Notes under the pieces: generated by a model
What the model was told of the DNA's origin: nothing
Seen by the model: the letters and a program-made list of their open reading frames with translations, nothing else
Database searches by the model: none
Translations under genes and position numbers: made by a program
Shown: positions 26,252 to 38,700 of the stretch, in pieces
Position numbering within the stretch: position 1 is the stretch's first letter
Layout: each line of letters starts with the position of its first letter
DNA from: Tubiluchus corallicola
Taxonomy: Eukaryota > Animalia > Priapulida
Length of the DNA stretch: 64,000 nt
Assembly: GCA_030141605.1 (NCBI GenBank)
Contig: JAQGDQ010000165.1
Location: 310,001-374,000 of the forward strand
Direction of reading: 5' to 3'

Positions 26252-26667
26252 CAGGGGCGGAACTAGGGGGAGCGAGGGGGGAGGACGCCCCCTGTCAAAA
26301 TTTGTGCCCCCCTGCAAAATCGGACAAATAATTTTTTTTGCAGTGAAAATTGCAGTTCACATGTAATCATTTTCAATATGAATTAGAATTGGGTAAAAAA
26401 ATGTTTGGTAGGGTCAGTGTATTATTTTCTTAAAACTTGTGCGTGATAAATTTCTGTAAATAACAATTTAGTTAGAGGCACATTAATAACGTTAGGTTAA
26501 CTGTGAGTTAATTTTCTCGTTAGTGCTCTGTCCGCTACGCCGTCCTACACACATGCTAATTACAGGCCTGCATGCAGTATGAAAGGGGTTTAATATTGGC
26601 TTAACAATTATTTAACCACTTCAGATACCTCGCCCCCCCCTGCTTGCCACATCTAGTTCCGGCCCTG
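26252..26667. mobile_element. hAT-type MITE inserted just after the CYP-B stop codon
   Basis: TIRs CAGGGGCGGAACTAG / CTAGTTCCGGCCCTG and 8-bp TSD GTTTTATC (26244-26251, 26668-26675). Absent from CYP-A. Confidence 0.88.
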
Positions 26668-26670
26668 GTT

Positions 26671-29600
26671 TTATCGCAGAGTTACTTTCATTTTATAAGC
26701 CTTTGGCGAACTAGTAAAGCCAACCACAGGCTCCAAGTCCAGTTTGGTGTCGCCATCTGGCAACTGTACATTGAAATGTTGAAGTATGCTAGTGAAGTAC
26801 AGGAAAATCTCTATACGTGCCAACGATTCTCCTAAACAAACGCGACGACCTATAAAACCAGCAAACAAAACTGGAATTACGTTCAAATAATTGGCTAAAA
26901 TTATGAAATCCTGTTTGCAGCAGGCAGTTACGCTGTTGTACAACACGCCCATTTAATAGCTACAAAACATTTAAATATTACAGGCCTACATTTCTGGAAC
27001 ATTTATACTGAAAAATGGGCTTGTTACATAGGTAAGACATTACAGAAGTTATAATTACAACATTAATATGAATAGCACGCAATGTCTATAGTGAATACTG
27101 CAAGTAGAATTACAGCATGCTAAACTTGTAATTAACCGAACTGCAATATAATTATACCTACATAGGACAGGCCTAAAGACTATACACAGCATAAAATTAT
27201 ATAGAATGAAATCTATTAGCTGCTGCATTTCTTTGTTTTTACATACCTACTGAAAACGGCATTAAGTTTTCGTTTTTAACAAATTGCCCATTTTGATCCA
27301 AATGGCGTTCTGGTCGAAATTCATACGGTTCTGGAAACTGTTCAGAATCGAGCAGTACTCCAGTAAGGTTGAGAACAATTGGTGTGGAAGCTGGTATCGT
27401 GTATCCATTAAATACACACGTCTCAGAAGTAAGATGCGGTAATGCTATTGGAGCGATGTTACCTGTGCAATAAGATAAAGACTGATATTACAGGTTTGGT
27501 CACAAAGTCACTGGAATTAATTACAGTTTTAAGAAATTTAGGTGTAAAGACTTTATTACAGTTGATTTAAAGAAGTGTGAAACGTGAAACAGTTCATGCA
27601 TTTTTGTAAAGGAACTAGAATCATGTTTTTTTTACCAAACTTCCACGTAAGACATTTTTATAGTTATTTATATTCCGTTTAGAATGCAGACATTACAGCT
27701 TTTACCATTTTAACAATGTGTCACTCTCAATACTGATTATACAAGCTGCCCTAGAGTAGCAAGTTTATCAACAGCAGTTATTGAATTTGCATTTAGTAAA
27801 TTTGTCACAAATGGCAATGTCTTCAAAGTATTTGAGTAACGCATAATGTAATTACGTATCCAAACTATTTCAGAAATTGAAGAAAGCACTTCCTTTAACT
27901 TAACATTTTTGGCATTTTTATGAAACTTTTTTATTATCATAAAGTAGTTTCTGATTCAGCAAAATTTGAGGATTTTGTAACAACAATTATAACAACGATG
28001 ATAATGGTGGACAGGTGTGGTTGACGATGATGACAATGACGATGACGACGACGATGGTGATGATGATGGCAATGGGAATGGTAAATGGTGATAAAGGCGA
28101 TCTACTCTGCAGTTTGATTGTCGAATTTTACTGATGGGGCAATCAATTCTTGATAAAATCGAATACCACTACAAAAATTTACACCTGTCCATCCTTTTCT
28201 CTCTCTCCATTGTCAAAATCTGAACACCTGAAAAAGCGTAGAACGTTGGCAATGGTTTACCAAGACAGGAAATATTCCTAAAATATCAAAATTTTGGAAT
28301 TGAAATTCGCTGACTTTCGAACACTGAAGAAAAACTGGAATTTTGAATTTGGTAAATTAAGGAATTTATGCTACCTTGGTTCACACTTTTTGCAAAATTT
28401 ATCCCATTAAAAGGTTTGACTGCTACAAACTACCTAGTCTTTGCGTTTCTGCTATACACGCCTCTACATAGGGCATATTGGAGCGGTCGCTGCAACACGG
28501 CATGTGGCTTCTTCCGACGACATCCTCAATCTCTTGCTGGGCCCTCTTCATCACTTCCGGATGCTTCATCATGAAGAGAAATGCCCAGCGTAAAGTTGTG
28601 GCCATTGTTTCAGTTCCAGTGGAAAATAAGTCGACGACGACTGCACTCAACTCTAATTCTAGTAAATTCATAATTGCGTTGGTGATTGAGGCAACGATCA
28701 CAGTGAATATTATATATATATTTAAGTATTCTAAAGAGTATTTGAATACTATAAATTGCTCATAACATTAACTTGATCAATCAAAATAAGGAATTACTTG
28801 TATTGCAATAAATATCACAATATTATTATCAGCCATCAAAACTATTTAAAAAACTAACCGTTGAATATTGTATCTTTAACACCCTGGGCCTGCAGCTGTT
28901 GCATGTGGCTTAAGTAGGCGTCTATAAAATCCCTGGTATTTTCAGGATCATAAGAGTCGATGTGTTCATTAGTGACTTTCACTATAAAGTCAAACAGCAG
29001 AGATTGATTCTTCACAAAACTGTCATAGCTGAAACGACAAAAAGAAACAAATGAGAAGCTTACGACGAAAAGTTATGCCATGACTTGCTGTTTTACCACC
29101 ACAGACCAGTGTTGGTGGTAAAACAATAAGGTGTAACAGAAATTGTTGTTTCGCCACGACTACCAACTACATTCCAACTACTGAGCAGTCAATGACGGCA
29201 CAACCCACAAATGATTAAATTTTGATACTAACCTTAAAAAACAGACCGGATTTGAATCAGGGACCTTCTGCTTACAAAGTAGATGTCTTACACCACTCGG
29301 CCACATCTCCCACCGGTCAAAGCAGTCCAAAGTTGGCCAACCTAATTCAACATTTCTAATGTTAGATCGTTCATATTAGAGTTAGAATAACTCCAATGTG
29401 AGCGTTCTAACATTGGAAATGTTGAACTCGGTTGGCCAACGGATGAACTTTGGACCCTTGTCCTTTGGAAATAACAGTCTAAGGCATCTTTTTTGTAAGC
29501 AGAAGATCCCTGGTTCAAATCCAAGTTGTATTCTAACTATTTCACGTTTCAGTCTTCAAAGAAGCAGTCAATAGAAGGAATGCAATAAGAGCTAAACAAA

Positions 29601-31877
29601 GTTTCCTTTACAAATTTTGTACAAGGGAAAAAGTTAATTCACACCAATTCCCCTGCATAAAATAACTTTAGCTGATTATTAACATCAGAGTAATAAGGCC
29701 AAATTTATATTCGTCCTAAATATTTTTCTCGGGCTGCCTTGCAGAATGTTTCTCTTAAGTATTCAGGTTAAATTAAACGTATTGGAAAGAGATATCAGTT
29801 TTCAAATCAAAACTAACACAAGTCACCTCTGTCGAATAACTGGGAGAAATCGTGTCCATGGGACGATCTCTATGACACCTAGAAGCAAAGTATTAGAGGA
29901 GGCCTCGCTAATACATTTCATTAGCAGCTTGAAATCTTCATTGGTGTAATCGTAAGTCCTGCCAAGTACTATGGAACAAATTACATTTGAAACACTATTA
30001 TTCATCAAAATGTGCACGTCAAAAGGTTGTCCATCTTTCTGCTTGAGTTCGTTCAGAAAACGAGCAATTTCTTCTTTCACCTTTCCTTCCATACTAACTT
30101 TTCCCATACCGAATTCTCTGAGTGCAGTTAAAGCGAATTTTCTCTGCTCCTTCCATACCCTGCCTTCTGACATCACCAGACCTTAAAAAGTCGAAAGTTA
30201 AAATTATTAAACTATAAAAGTGCAGAGCAAATGTTTAAAATGCCTAAAGACTAAGACGGTTTAACACCTGTAGTAAATAAAAACTGAATAATGTTTGGTT
30301 TTATTTTGTAATATTGCTAACAAGTTCAGGCATGTGACTGCATGTTACTCGCAGGAAGTAGGATGGTTAGATGGCACAGAACCCTGCATTGCTGTCTATA
30401 AGATTTACTACACTCAAAACTTACTTATGTACTTTATTTTCAATTTCATAAAATAGCGTCGATAAAGGAAAAGTGAAAACTTTAAATAATATATAAAATA
30501 TGTGCCAATACAGTGTGGGCCTAACAAGTATGCACTACGTATCGGGCTTACACACTTGTACATGTATACAAAAAAAGTCAAAGATCGAACAAGATGATAC
30601 AAACAAGCCTCTGATATAATGTGGGCACGATATATCTATTATAAATGATATGAACATAGCTTCTTTTAGCTAGACTCTACCCAGATTACTCAGGTTAATT
30701 CTACATACCTGGAACATAAGACTAATTTCTGTTACTCATGCTCTACCCAGATTACTCAGGATAACTCTACATACCTGGAACATAAGACTAATTTCTGTTA
30801 GTCATACTCTATCCAGATTACTCAGGTTAACTCTACATACCTGGAACATAAGACTAATTCTGCTACTCACACTCTACCCAAATTACACAGGTCAACTCTA
30901 CATACTTCGAACACAAGACTAGTTTATGTTACTCGTACTCTAACCAAGTTACTCAGGTTAACTCTACATATCTGGAACATGAGATTAGTTTCTGCTACTC
31001 ATACTCTACCCAAGTTACTCAGGTTAACTCTACATATCTGGAACATAAAGACTAGTTTCTGCTATTCATGCTCTACACAGATTATTCGGTTAACTCTACA
31101 CACCTCGAACACAAGACTAGTTTCTGTTACTCATACTCTACCCAGATTACTCAGGTTAACTCTACATACCTGGAACATAAGACTAATTTCTATTACTCAT
31201 GCTCTACCCAGATTACTCAGGTTAACTCTACATACCAGGAACATTAATTCTGTTACTCATACTCTACCCAAGTTACTCAGGTTAACTCTACATACCTGGA
31301 ACATAAGACTGGTTTCTGTTACTCATACTCTACCCAAATTACTCAGGTTAACTCTACCTACCTCGAACACAAGACTAGTTTATGTCACTCATACTCTACC
31401 CAAGTTATTCAGGTTAACTCTACATATCTGGAACATGAGATTAGTTTCTGCTACTCATGCTCTACCCAGATTATTCGGTAAACTCTACATACCTGGAACA
31501 TGCTTAACGTGTCCGAATCCAAGTTTTTGTAAAAGGTCGTCAGTGAAGAAGGTTCGGGGTCGCCCCGAAAAAATCTCTCCTTGTTTTAGAAAAGCTTTGC
31601 GTGCTAGCTCGGCATCATTAATTACTATGTGCAGTTTACTTCCTAAGTAGACACTAAATATTTTTCCGTAGGTCTTAGACAGCTCTGTGAAAAATTCTCC
31701 TATATGTTTTCCCGCTGACAGTATGGAACCAATGTAAGGCCATCCAAGAGGACCAGGTGGTATATTCGAAGGTCTCTTGAGGTACTGCCACAATTTTAGC
31801 GCAAGAAGCACGCACACGCTAGTTGCTACACATTTCAAAATTGTACATCCAAATAAACACGTGTGTTCGGCAGACAT
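26671..31877 (-). CDS. Cytochrome P450, clan 2 (CYP2-like), copy B. Exons 31877-31493, 30181-29827, 29028-28859, 28658-28434, 27462-27247, 26849-26671
   Basis: Close paralog of CYP-A with the same exon structure and an intact heme motif. The I-helix reads FSTGTETM. Confidence 0.9.
29243..29310 (-). mobile_element. tRNA-derived sequence (SINE head or tRNA pseudogene, Thr-TGT-like)
   Basis: Minus strand ggagatgTGGCCGAGTGGtgtaag...tttgtaa...GATTCAAATCC shows A-box and B-box-like motifs, but the acceptor stem pairs poorly. Confidence 0.55.
30660..31502. repeat. ~61-bp minisatellite (~14 units) at the start of CYP-B intron 1
   Basis: Same unit and same position as in CYP-A. Confidence 0.92.
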
Positions 31878-32079
31878 CTTTGCACGCAACGAATTCAACT
31901 TTTTGAAGTTTAATTTATAAAAAAAGCGTAGCTTATTTTCATATAATGGAAATTCTGCTTCTCGTGCTGTATTACTAGCGGCCGTATATAGTACAGTGAA
32001 TGGCAGATTGACTAAATGCATTTGTGAACCTTGGTTGGCCTTGACAAAGTTGTTTGCTATATGATTCACGCAGGGGCTA

Positions 32080-33930
32080 TTTAGTGTGGCACAGCTCGGC
32101 TTAAGGGTATGATATTAGGTTAAAGTGCCACCTATCATTGACTTCTGCAACTAACTTTATTTTGCTTTATTTTTACATAAAAAAAATGTTGGGTTCAGCT
32201 TTGACAATATCTTGAGGCTACTTGTAATTCAAATTTAAACTGAGTAAAAGCAACAACAAGTGAACTAAGATTAAAAATAATTTATTCTATTGGCTTTACT
32301 ATAAAATACAGCTAATTTTAGTTAGGTAAAATCCACAATCATCAATACTATTCTTGTTTCTAGTTAAAGAAATCTTCTGTAGCAATTGCAATTGGTCATG
32401 CAAAGAATGCTAGAGTCCAGGTTTCAGTAAGATTAAGCAGTTGCAATTTTCATGCCAGTCCTGTGTATAGGTACTATGTTCCTGTTCCACATTTAACTAA
32501 AAGTGAGCAAAACTATGATCCAGTCTCTTCTTTCACTTATTTGTATAAGATCTCGAATAACCCCGGATCAATAGCTAGCTGACTTGTGATCTGCAACTTT
32601 TTTTTAAGTGGAACTTTTTCATTCCAGGAATTTTCTGCAACTTTTCTATTCTGCAACTCTTTAAATTCTGCAACTCTTTAAGTTCTGCAACTCTTTAAAT
32701 TCTGCAACTCTTTTCAATTCTGCAACTCTTTTCAATTCTGCAACTCTTTTAATTCTGGAACTCTTCTATTCTGCAACTCTTTTCAATTCTGCAACTCTTT
32801 TAATTCTGGAACTCTTCTATTCTGCAACTCTTTTAATCCTGGAACTCTTTTATTCTGGAACTCTTCTATTCTGCAACTCTTTTAATTCTGGAACTCTTTT
32901 AATTCCTGGAACTCTTTTAATTCTGCAACTCTTTTAATTCTGGAACTCTTTCATTCCAAGAATTTTCTGCAACTCTTTTAATTCCAGGAAATTTCTGCAA
33001 CTCTTTTAATTCCAGGAAATTTCTGCAACTCTTTTAATTCCAGGAAATTTCTGCAACTCTTTTAATTCCAGGAAATTTCTGCAACTCTTTTAATTCCAGG
33101 AAATTTCTGCAACTCTTTTAATTCCTGGAAATTACTGGAACTCTTTTGATCTTGGATTTTCCTGGAACTCTCAGCAACTCTTTTAAATCTTGGATTTTCC
33201 TGGAACTCTCAGCAACTCTTTTAAATCTTGGATTTTCCTGGAACTCTTTTTGTCTCTGCAACTGCTTCAATCCTGAAACCCTTTTCTAGCTTCTCTTTTG
33301 GTTTCTAGAACCTAGTGTTTCTGAAACTCTTTTCATTTCTGGAACTCTTTTCTAGGTTCTAGATTCCTGACACATCCTAGCTAGTTTTGAAAGCTAGCTT
33401 TATCTAGTAAGTTAAAACTTACTTCTCATCCTGCTTCTTTTCCATGTTTAGATGAATCTTCAGTTGCTGTAGCTCTTTATCACTTTGAAAATGTTCGGAT
33501 GTGTGTGGTCAATGGCCTGGCCCTCCCTTTATATAGCCGCCTGAGCGTCGGCGTCGCTAAGTTACCATGGATTGTGCATTGTAACCGAGGGGTGGGCTGT
33601 TCATTACACTTTGTTACTTTCAGTCTTCTAATTATAATTTCATCAATTTGTTTTGCTCTTTTTTTAACAGCGCATATGTTTGTCTACATTTAATCTAATT
33701 TATCAGCTTATGTTTGATCCTTTTTGTTTTTATTTTCTTGTTTTCCAAACCGGGAATTCACCGGGTTCTAAAGTTTCATCGCCCTGTGTTTATCTTTCGG
33801 TCAGCATCTGGTGTGCTCGCCGAATAGCGAAGATGTGCATAACATAAGAGCATCCATAATGGCTGCGTCCATAGTGCGTGTAAACAATATTAAAATTCCG
33901 ATGATTATATTTTTTTTAGAGAATATTACA
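32080..33930 (-). repeat. 3' LTR, with an internal ~20-bp tandem array at ~32590-33360
   Basis: Direct repeat of 41760-43544. Preceded on the minus strand by the polypurine tract AAGAAAGGGGGAAT (33931-33944). Confidence 0.93.
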
Positions 33931-34383
33931 ATTCCCCCTTTCTTAAAACTGCACCTGCCCTCAGGTGCTCTGTCTCCTGTCAGCATCAGGTATGCTTACC
34001 AAACTATTGTTGAGTTTTGTTGACTGCTCCTTTAAAATTTTTTTTTTTTGTTTCTTTGCCATCCTGATATTGAAATCCAATACAGCTTATATACTTACTA
34101 AACTGAATACAGCTTTATTTACTTGTAAAATATAACGGAATTTTTATACATCCATACATATTCTTGATAGCACCATTCTAGTAAACAATATAAGTAAATA
34201 AGCAAGTATATAATACTGGAACAACCCGTTGTAGATATGCTGATATATTCCTTCAAATGATATATATATATATATAAAAGATATATAATTTTTAATCTAA
34301 TTTATCTAGGAAATATTGGAATGTATATATGAACGTAGGTTGAACGTAGGTATGAATATATATTGGAACGTAGCTGCATGGCC

Positions 34384-35332
34384 TTAGTCCTCTTCACTGG
34401 AGAAGTCATCCGAGGAGACAGCTAGATCTATAGAAATATCTGTATTTGTGGGTGGCATTTGTTGTTGACCTTCAGTGTTCTTCTTTTCAGCCAACTTTTC
34501 CACCTCCTTTCTCACCAACTTGCTTACAGTTGTTTCCATTCTCTCATACATACGATCAACTGCCTCATTCCACTCTTTTTCTTTCTTCTCCGTAATTTCT
34601 TTACTCTTCTTCTCTAAAACTGCTTCCCACTTATTTAGAGCTGCTACCCTGCATCGCTCCTCTAGTTCCATGATCTCATTTTTTAATTTTAATATCTTTT
34701 CCCTCATGACTATCTGATCTAGCTCTGTGCATGGAGGTGGAGCTTTTCGTGGCACCTTGTCCGACTGCGGTGCAAGGAATACTGGCAGATTTTTCGACTG
34801 TGTTTCCTTGTATGGTTTATAGTGTGGTAAGGCAGGTCTAGTTGGTTTTCTAACTTGGTTGGTCAGGTTATGGGTGCTGTTCTGCCTCACAATACTTCTG
34901 CTTCTGAAATTTCTGAAGGTTGAGTTGCTTGTTGGTGGCTTGAAGGCCCTGTTCTTCGGATTACTTAACTCAGGCCTTACTGTAACTGGGGAAGTTCCTC
35001 TTTTTGTTTTGGGTGATTTTGCTGTTTTGATTTTGCTTTCCTGTTCCGACCTCTGATTATGACTCTTTAAATCTCGCTCTTTCTTCCCGTCTTTTCTTTC
35101 CAGACTGCTGTCACTAGTTGTACTCCATTTGGAGCGGCTCAATCTTGGTGATCCTTCTGGTGACAGAGGTCTTTTATCAACAGAGGTTGCCTGAGGTGGC
35201 CTTTCAAGACGCTTAGTTGGCCAAGTAGCGGGAATTTGTCTACTCCCATGACATGCCTTCCAGTGTTTTGACATATAGGCAGTCCTTTGAGACCTATAGT
35301 CACAGTTTGTACAACAGTACACTGTCTCCCTC
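34384..35332 (-). CDS. Accessory ORF3 of the LTR element: C2H2-like zinc finger, basic low-complexity region, predicted coiled coil and acidic tail; probably spliced to LTR mini-exon 43059-43037
   Basis: CTNC-x12-HWKACH motif and no hydrophobic transmembrane segment. Splice acceptor ttattttgtctattttag|G lies at 35333/35332. Confidence 0.75.
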
Positions 35333-35703
35333 CTAAAATAGACAAAATAACAGTGTTTTAATAACTTCATTTTCCACGGTTACGTTTTTTTTTTACTAAG
35401 GTACCTTTGCCTATTTCTTTTTTTTCTACATTGTAATTGTAATAAGTGACACATTTCTAAGTGACATGTGATTATCAAGTGTCACTAACTCATACTTTTC
35501 TATATTTTTTTTTCTTATGCTGGATGCAGTTTAATGCCTTGCCCAGGGCAACTAATCCAGATAACAGCTTTTAACAGAAAATTAATGCAGCAGCAGAGGA
35601 AAGGAAGAAAATATGGTTAAGTTATAGGTCAAGTCTGTTTGGAGGTTTCCTCATCCGCTGTCCTCTTCCTAGCATTGTGTCAGAAGTGCTACTGGACGGT
35701 TCA

Positions 35704-38700
35704 TCATTTTTTTTCTTGAATTGTGGTAGTTCCTGTTGTATACATTTCTTCTTTCTCTGCTACTTCTTCATTAACTGTAGGAAAAATTCTACTCAATTCA
35801 AATTCTTCTAGTTGCTGTTCATCATCAGAATTTGCTAGTTTCTCTATTTCTGTCCAGTCTATTGGTGGTTCATCAGTATGATAAAGCTTCAAGTTGTCAA
35901 TATGAACTACTTTAACAGGAGCTTTTGCATCTCTCTGGATTTGGTATGTCACATTATTAATCTTCTTTAGTACTAGATATGGGCCTTGCCAGCCTTGGCC
36001 TAATTTTCTCCTGGTAGCTGGTGGATACCAGTACCATACCCAGTTACCTTTATCAATGCTAAGCCTTTTCACAAATTGATCATAATCTCGTTTTTGTCTT
36101 TCTGCAGCTTTTCCCAGTGATTCTCGAGCAAAATTGTGTGCCTCTTTTATAACATCTCTTATCCATTCTACGTATTCCTGTGGACACTGTGTAGGTCTTT
36201 CTGGCTGTGGTGGAGGTCCCACCATCACATCTAATGGCAAATGGTTTTCCCTACCAAACATCATTAAGTTTGGCGAGCAATTGGTAGACGCATGTGCGGT
36301 TGCCCTGTATGCCATCATGACATAAGGGAGGTGGTCATCCCAGTCATCACGATGATCGTTAACAAATATAGCCAGCATTTGCTGTAATGTCCTCATAAAT
36401 CTCTCAACGAGACCATCTGATTGTGGATGATACGGGGTTGTCCTTGTTTTGTCAATCTGCAAAGCAGCACACATTTCTTGAAATAACTTTGACTCAAAGT
36501 CTGGCCCTTGGTCACTATGTATTTGAATTGGTACTCCAAACCTGCATATAAATTCGGTCACCAACACATCTGCAACAGTATATGCCTCGTGATTAGGAAG
36601 TGCATAGGCTTCGGCCCATTTTGTAAAATAGTCACAGACGACCATCACCACCTTATTTTTCTTATCAGTCTCTTCTAGTGGTCCTAAAATGTCTATTGCT
36701 ATTCTTTCAAATGGTCCAGTTGCCCTCTGTTGTTGCAGTTTACCTCTTTTTGGTCCTTTTCCAGGTTTTCTTCTGGCACAAGCAGCACAATATAGGCACC
36801 ATCTTTTAATGTCTGCCTGATAACCTGGCCAGTAATACCGTTGCTTTAATAATGACAGACTCCTCTGTATTCCTTGGTGTGCACCAGTTCTGGTTTCATG
36901 CAAAGCTCTAAATAATTTCCTTCGTAATGCAGTTGGTACAACCATCTGGTATACAGGAGCACTTGGTGTTACATCTGTTTCCCACTTCTTGTACAGCAAT
37001 CCATCTCGTACCTCTAATACATCAAACAAGTTCCAGTATGCCTTGAAATCTGGGTGTTTATCTTTCACATCTTTCCAGCTGGGTCGGTCCAAATCTTCTT
37101 CTTTCAACTCCTTGAATAACAAAACTGCTTCCTCTTCCTGTTGCATGTTAATAACATCTTCTCTTGACAAATCTAAAACAAACTTTTTCTCTTCTTCATC
37201 TTCTACCTCTATTTCTTGACTTGCCAATATTCTGCTGGGAGCCACTACAAAACATGAACCATGCGCTGCTTCCTCAGCCATATAGGGAGCCTCTCCTAAA
37301 CACAAATCGTGCGCTGCTTCTTCCATATGAGGAGGAGCCTCTACCAAACACGATTTCTGCGCTGCTTCCCTGATATCACCAGGAGCCTCTACAGAACACA
37401 AGTCGTGCGCTGCATCCTTTCCACAAGTAGGTGCCTCTGTTATGCACAGTCTGTGCGCTGCTTCCTGGTCTTCATAAACATTGTCAAGTCCATCTTCCCC
37501 CTTTCTGGAATTACCTTCCATGCATAAGCATTCTTTTCTACATCTTACTTTACCTTTTCTGAAACTACTGCTTTCCTCTTCTCCATTTCCAGCTGGTATT
37601 GCATAGATAAAATCACACTCAGCATTGTTTGGAACTTTTAAAATATCGTTACGTGTCCTCTTGCTAATTTCTTTAGAACTGTGGGCTTCTTTCGTGCCTT
37701 TATGCCTGTCGTCATTACAGTCCTCTCTTGGGCATTTGCTAACCCTTGTATTTGGTTTTCTGGATAATCCATCAGCATTCCCATGTTGTGTTCCTTTTCT
37801 ATGCTCAACACTAAAATCATAAGTGTCTAAAATAGATAACCATCTTGCTATCATACCTTCTGGGTTCTTGAAATTGATGAGCCAAGTTAGTGCTGCATGA
37901 TCAGTCCGAATCCTAAAATGTCTTCCCCATAGATAATGGTGGAATTGTTTTACAAATGTGATAACAGCCAGTAATTCTTTTTTTGTAGTACAGTACTGCC
38001 TTTGTGACTGGTTTAATGTCCTACTAGCATAAGCAATGACTTTCTCTTCATCGACTTGTAACTGGGATAAAACAGCTCCAATCCCAGAGTTACTGGCATC
38101 TGTATCTAAGATGAATTTTCCCTCCTGTGTTGGATATGCCAATGCAGGACTTCGTGTTAAAAGATCTATTAAGGTGTTAAATGCTGCCATACATGAATCA
38201 TTCCAAATAAATGTTGCTCCTTTCTTTGTCAAGGCAGTAAGGGGGTCTGCAATTGAGGCAAAATGTGGAATGAATTTTCTATAATATAAAGCAAATCCCA
38301 AGAAGCTACGTACTTGTGTAGGTGTTTTTGGGAATGTCCAATTCTTTACAGCCAGTATTTTGTCTGGATCACATCGGATGCCTTGACTATCCACTACATG
38401 CCCTAGGAACCGAACACTTGTCTGAAACAGTGTGCTTTTTGATGGCTTGATTTTCAAATTTGCTTTCCTCAAGCGAGAAAATACTGTCTTTAAATTATTT
38501 TTAGCCTCTTCAAAGTTTTTGCCAAAAACAATAATATCATCGAGATAGACAAGACAATTCTTCCATTGTAAGCCTCTAAGTACTTCTTCCATTAACCTCT
38601 CAAATGTGGCTGGTGCATTACAAAGGCCAAACGGCATCACTCGAAACTGAAATAATCCTTGTCGTGTAACAAAAGCTGTTTTAGGCTTCGACGTTTCATC

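Noticed and set aside
30979-31650. 223-aa ORF and similar ORFs at 6046, 6252, 23252, 23798 and 23841
   Set aside because: These are translations of the 61-bp satellite, antisense to the CYP genes.
34384-35370. ORF3 as a retroviral envelope gene
   Set aside because: It has no signal peptide, fusion peptide or transmembrane anchor. The TTG/ATG start in the ORF track lies upstream of a splice acceptor.
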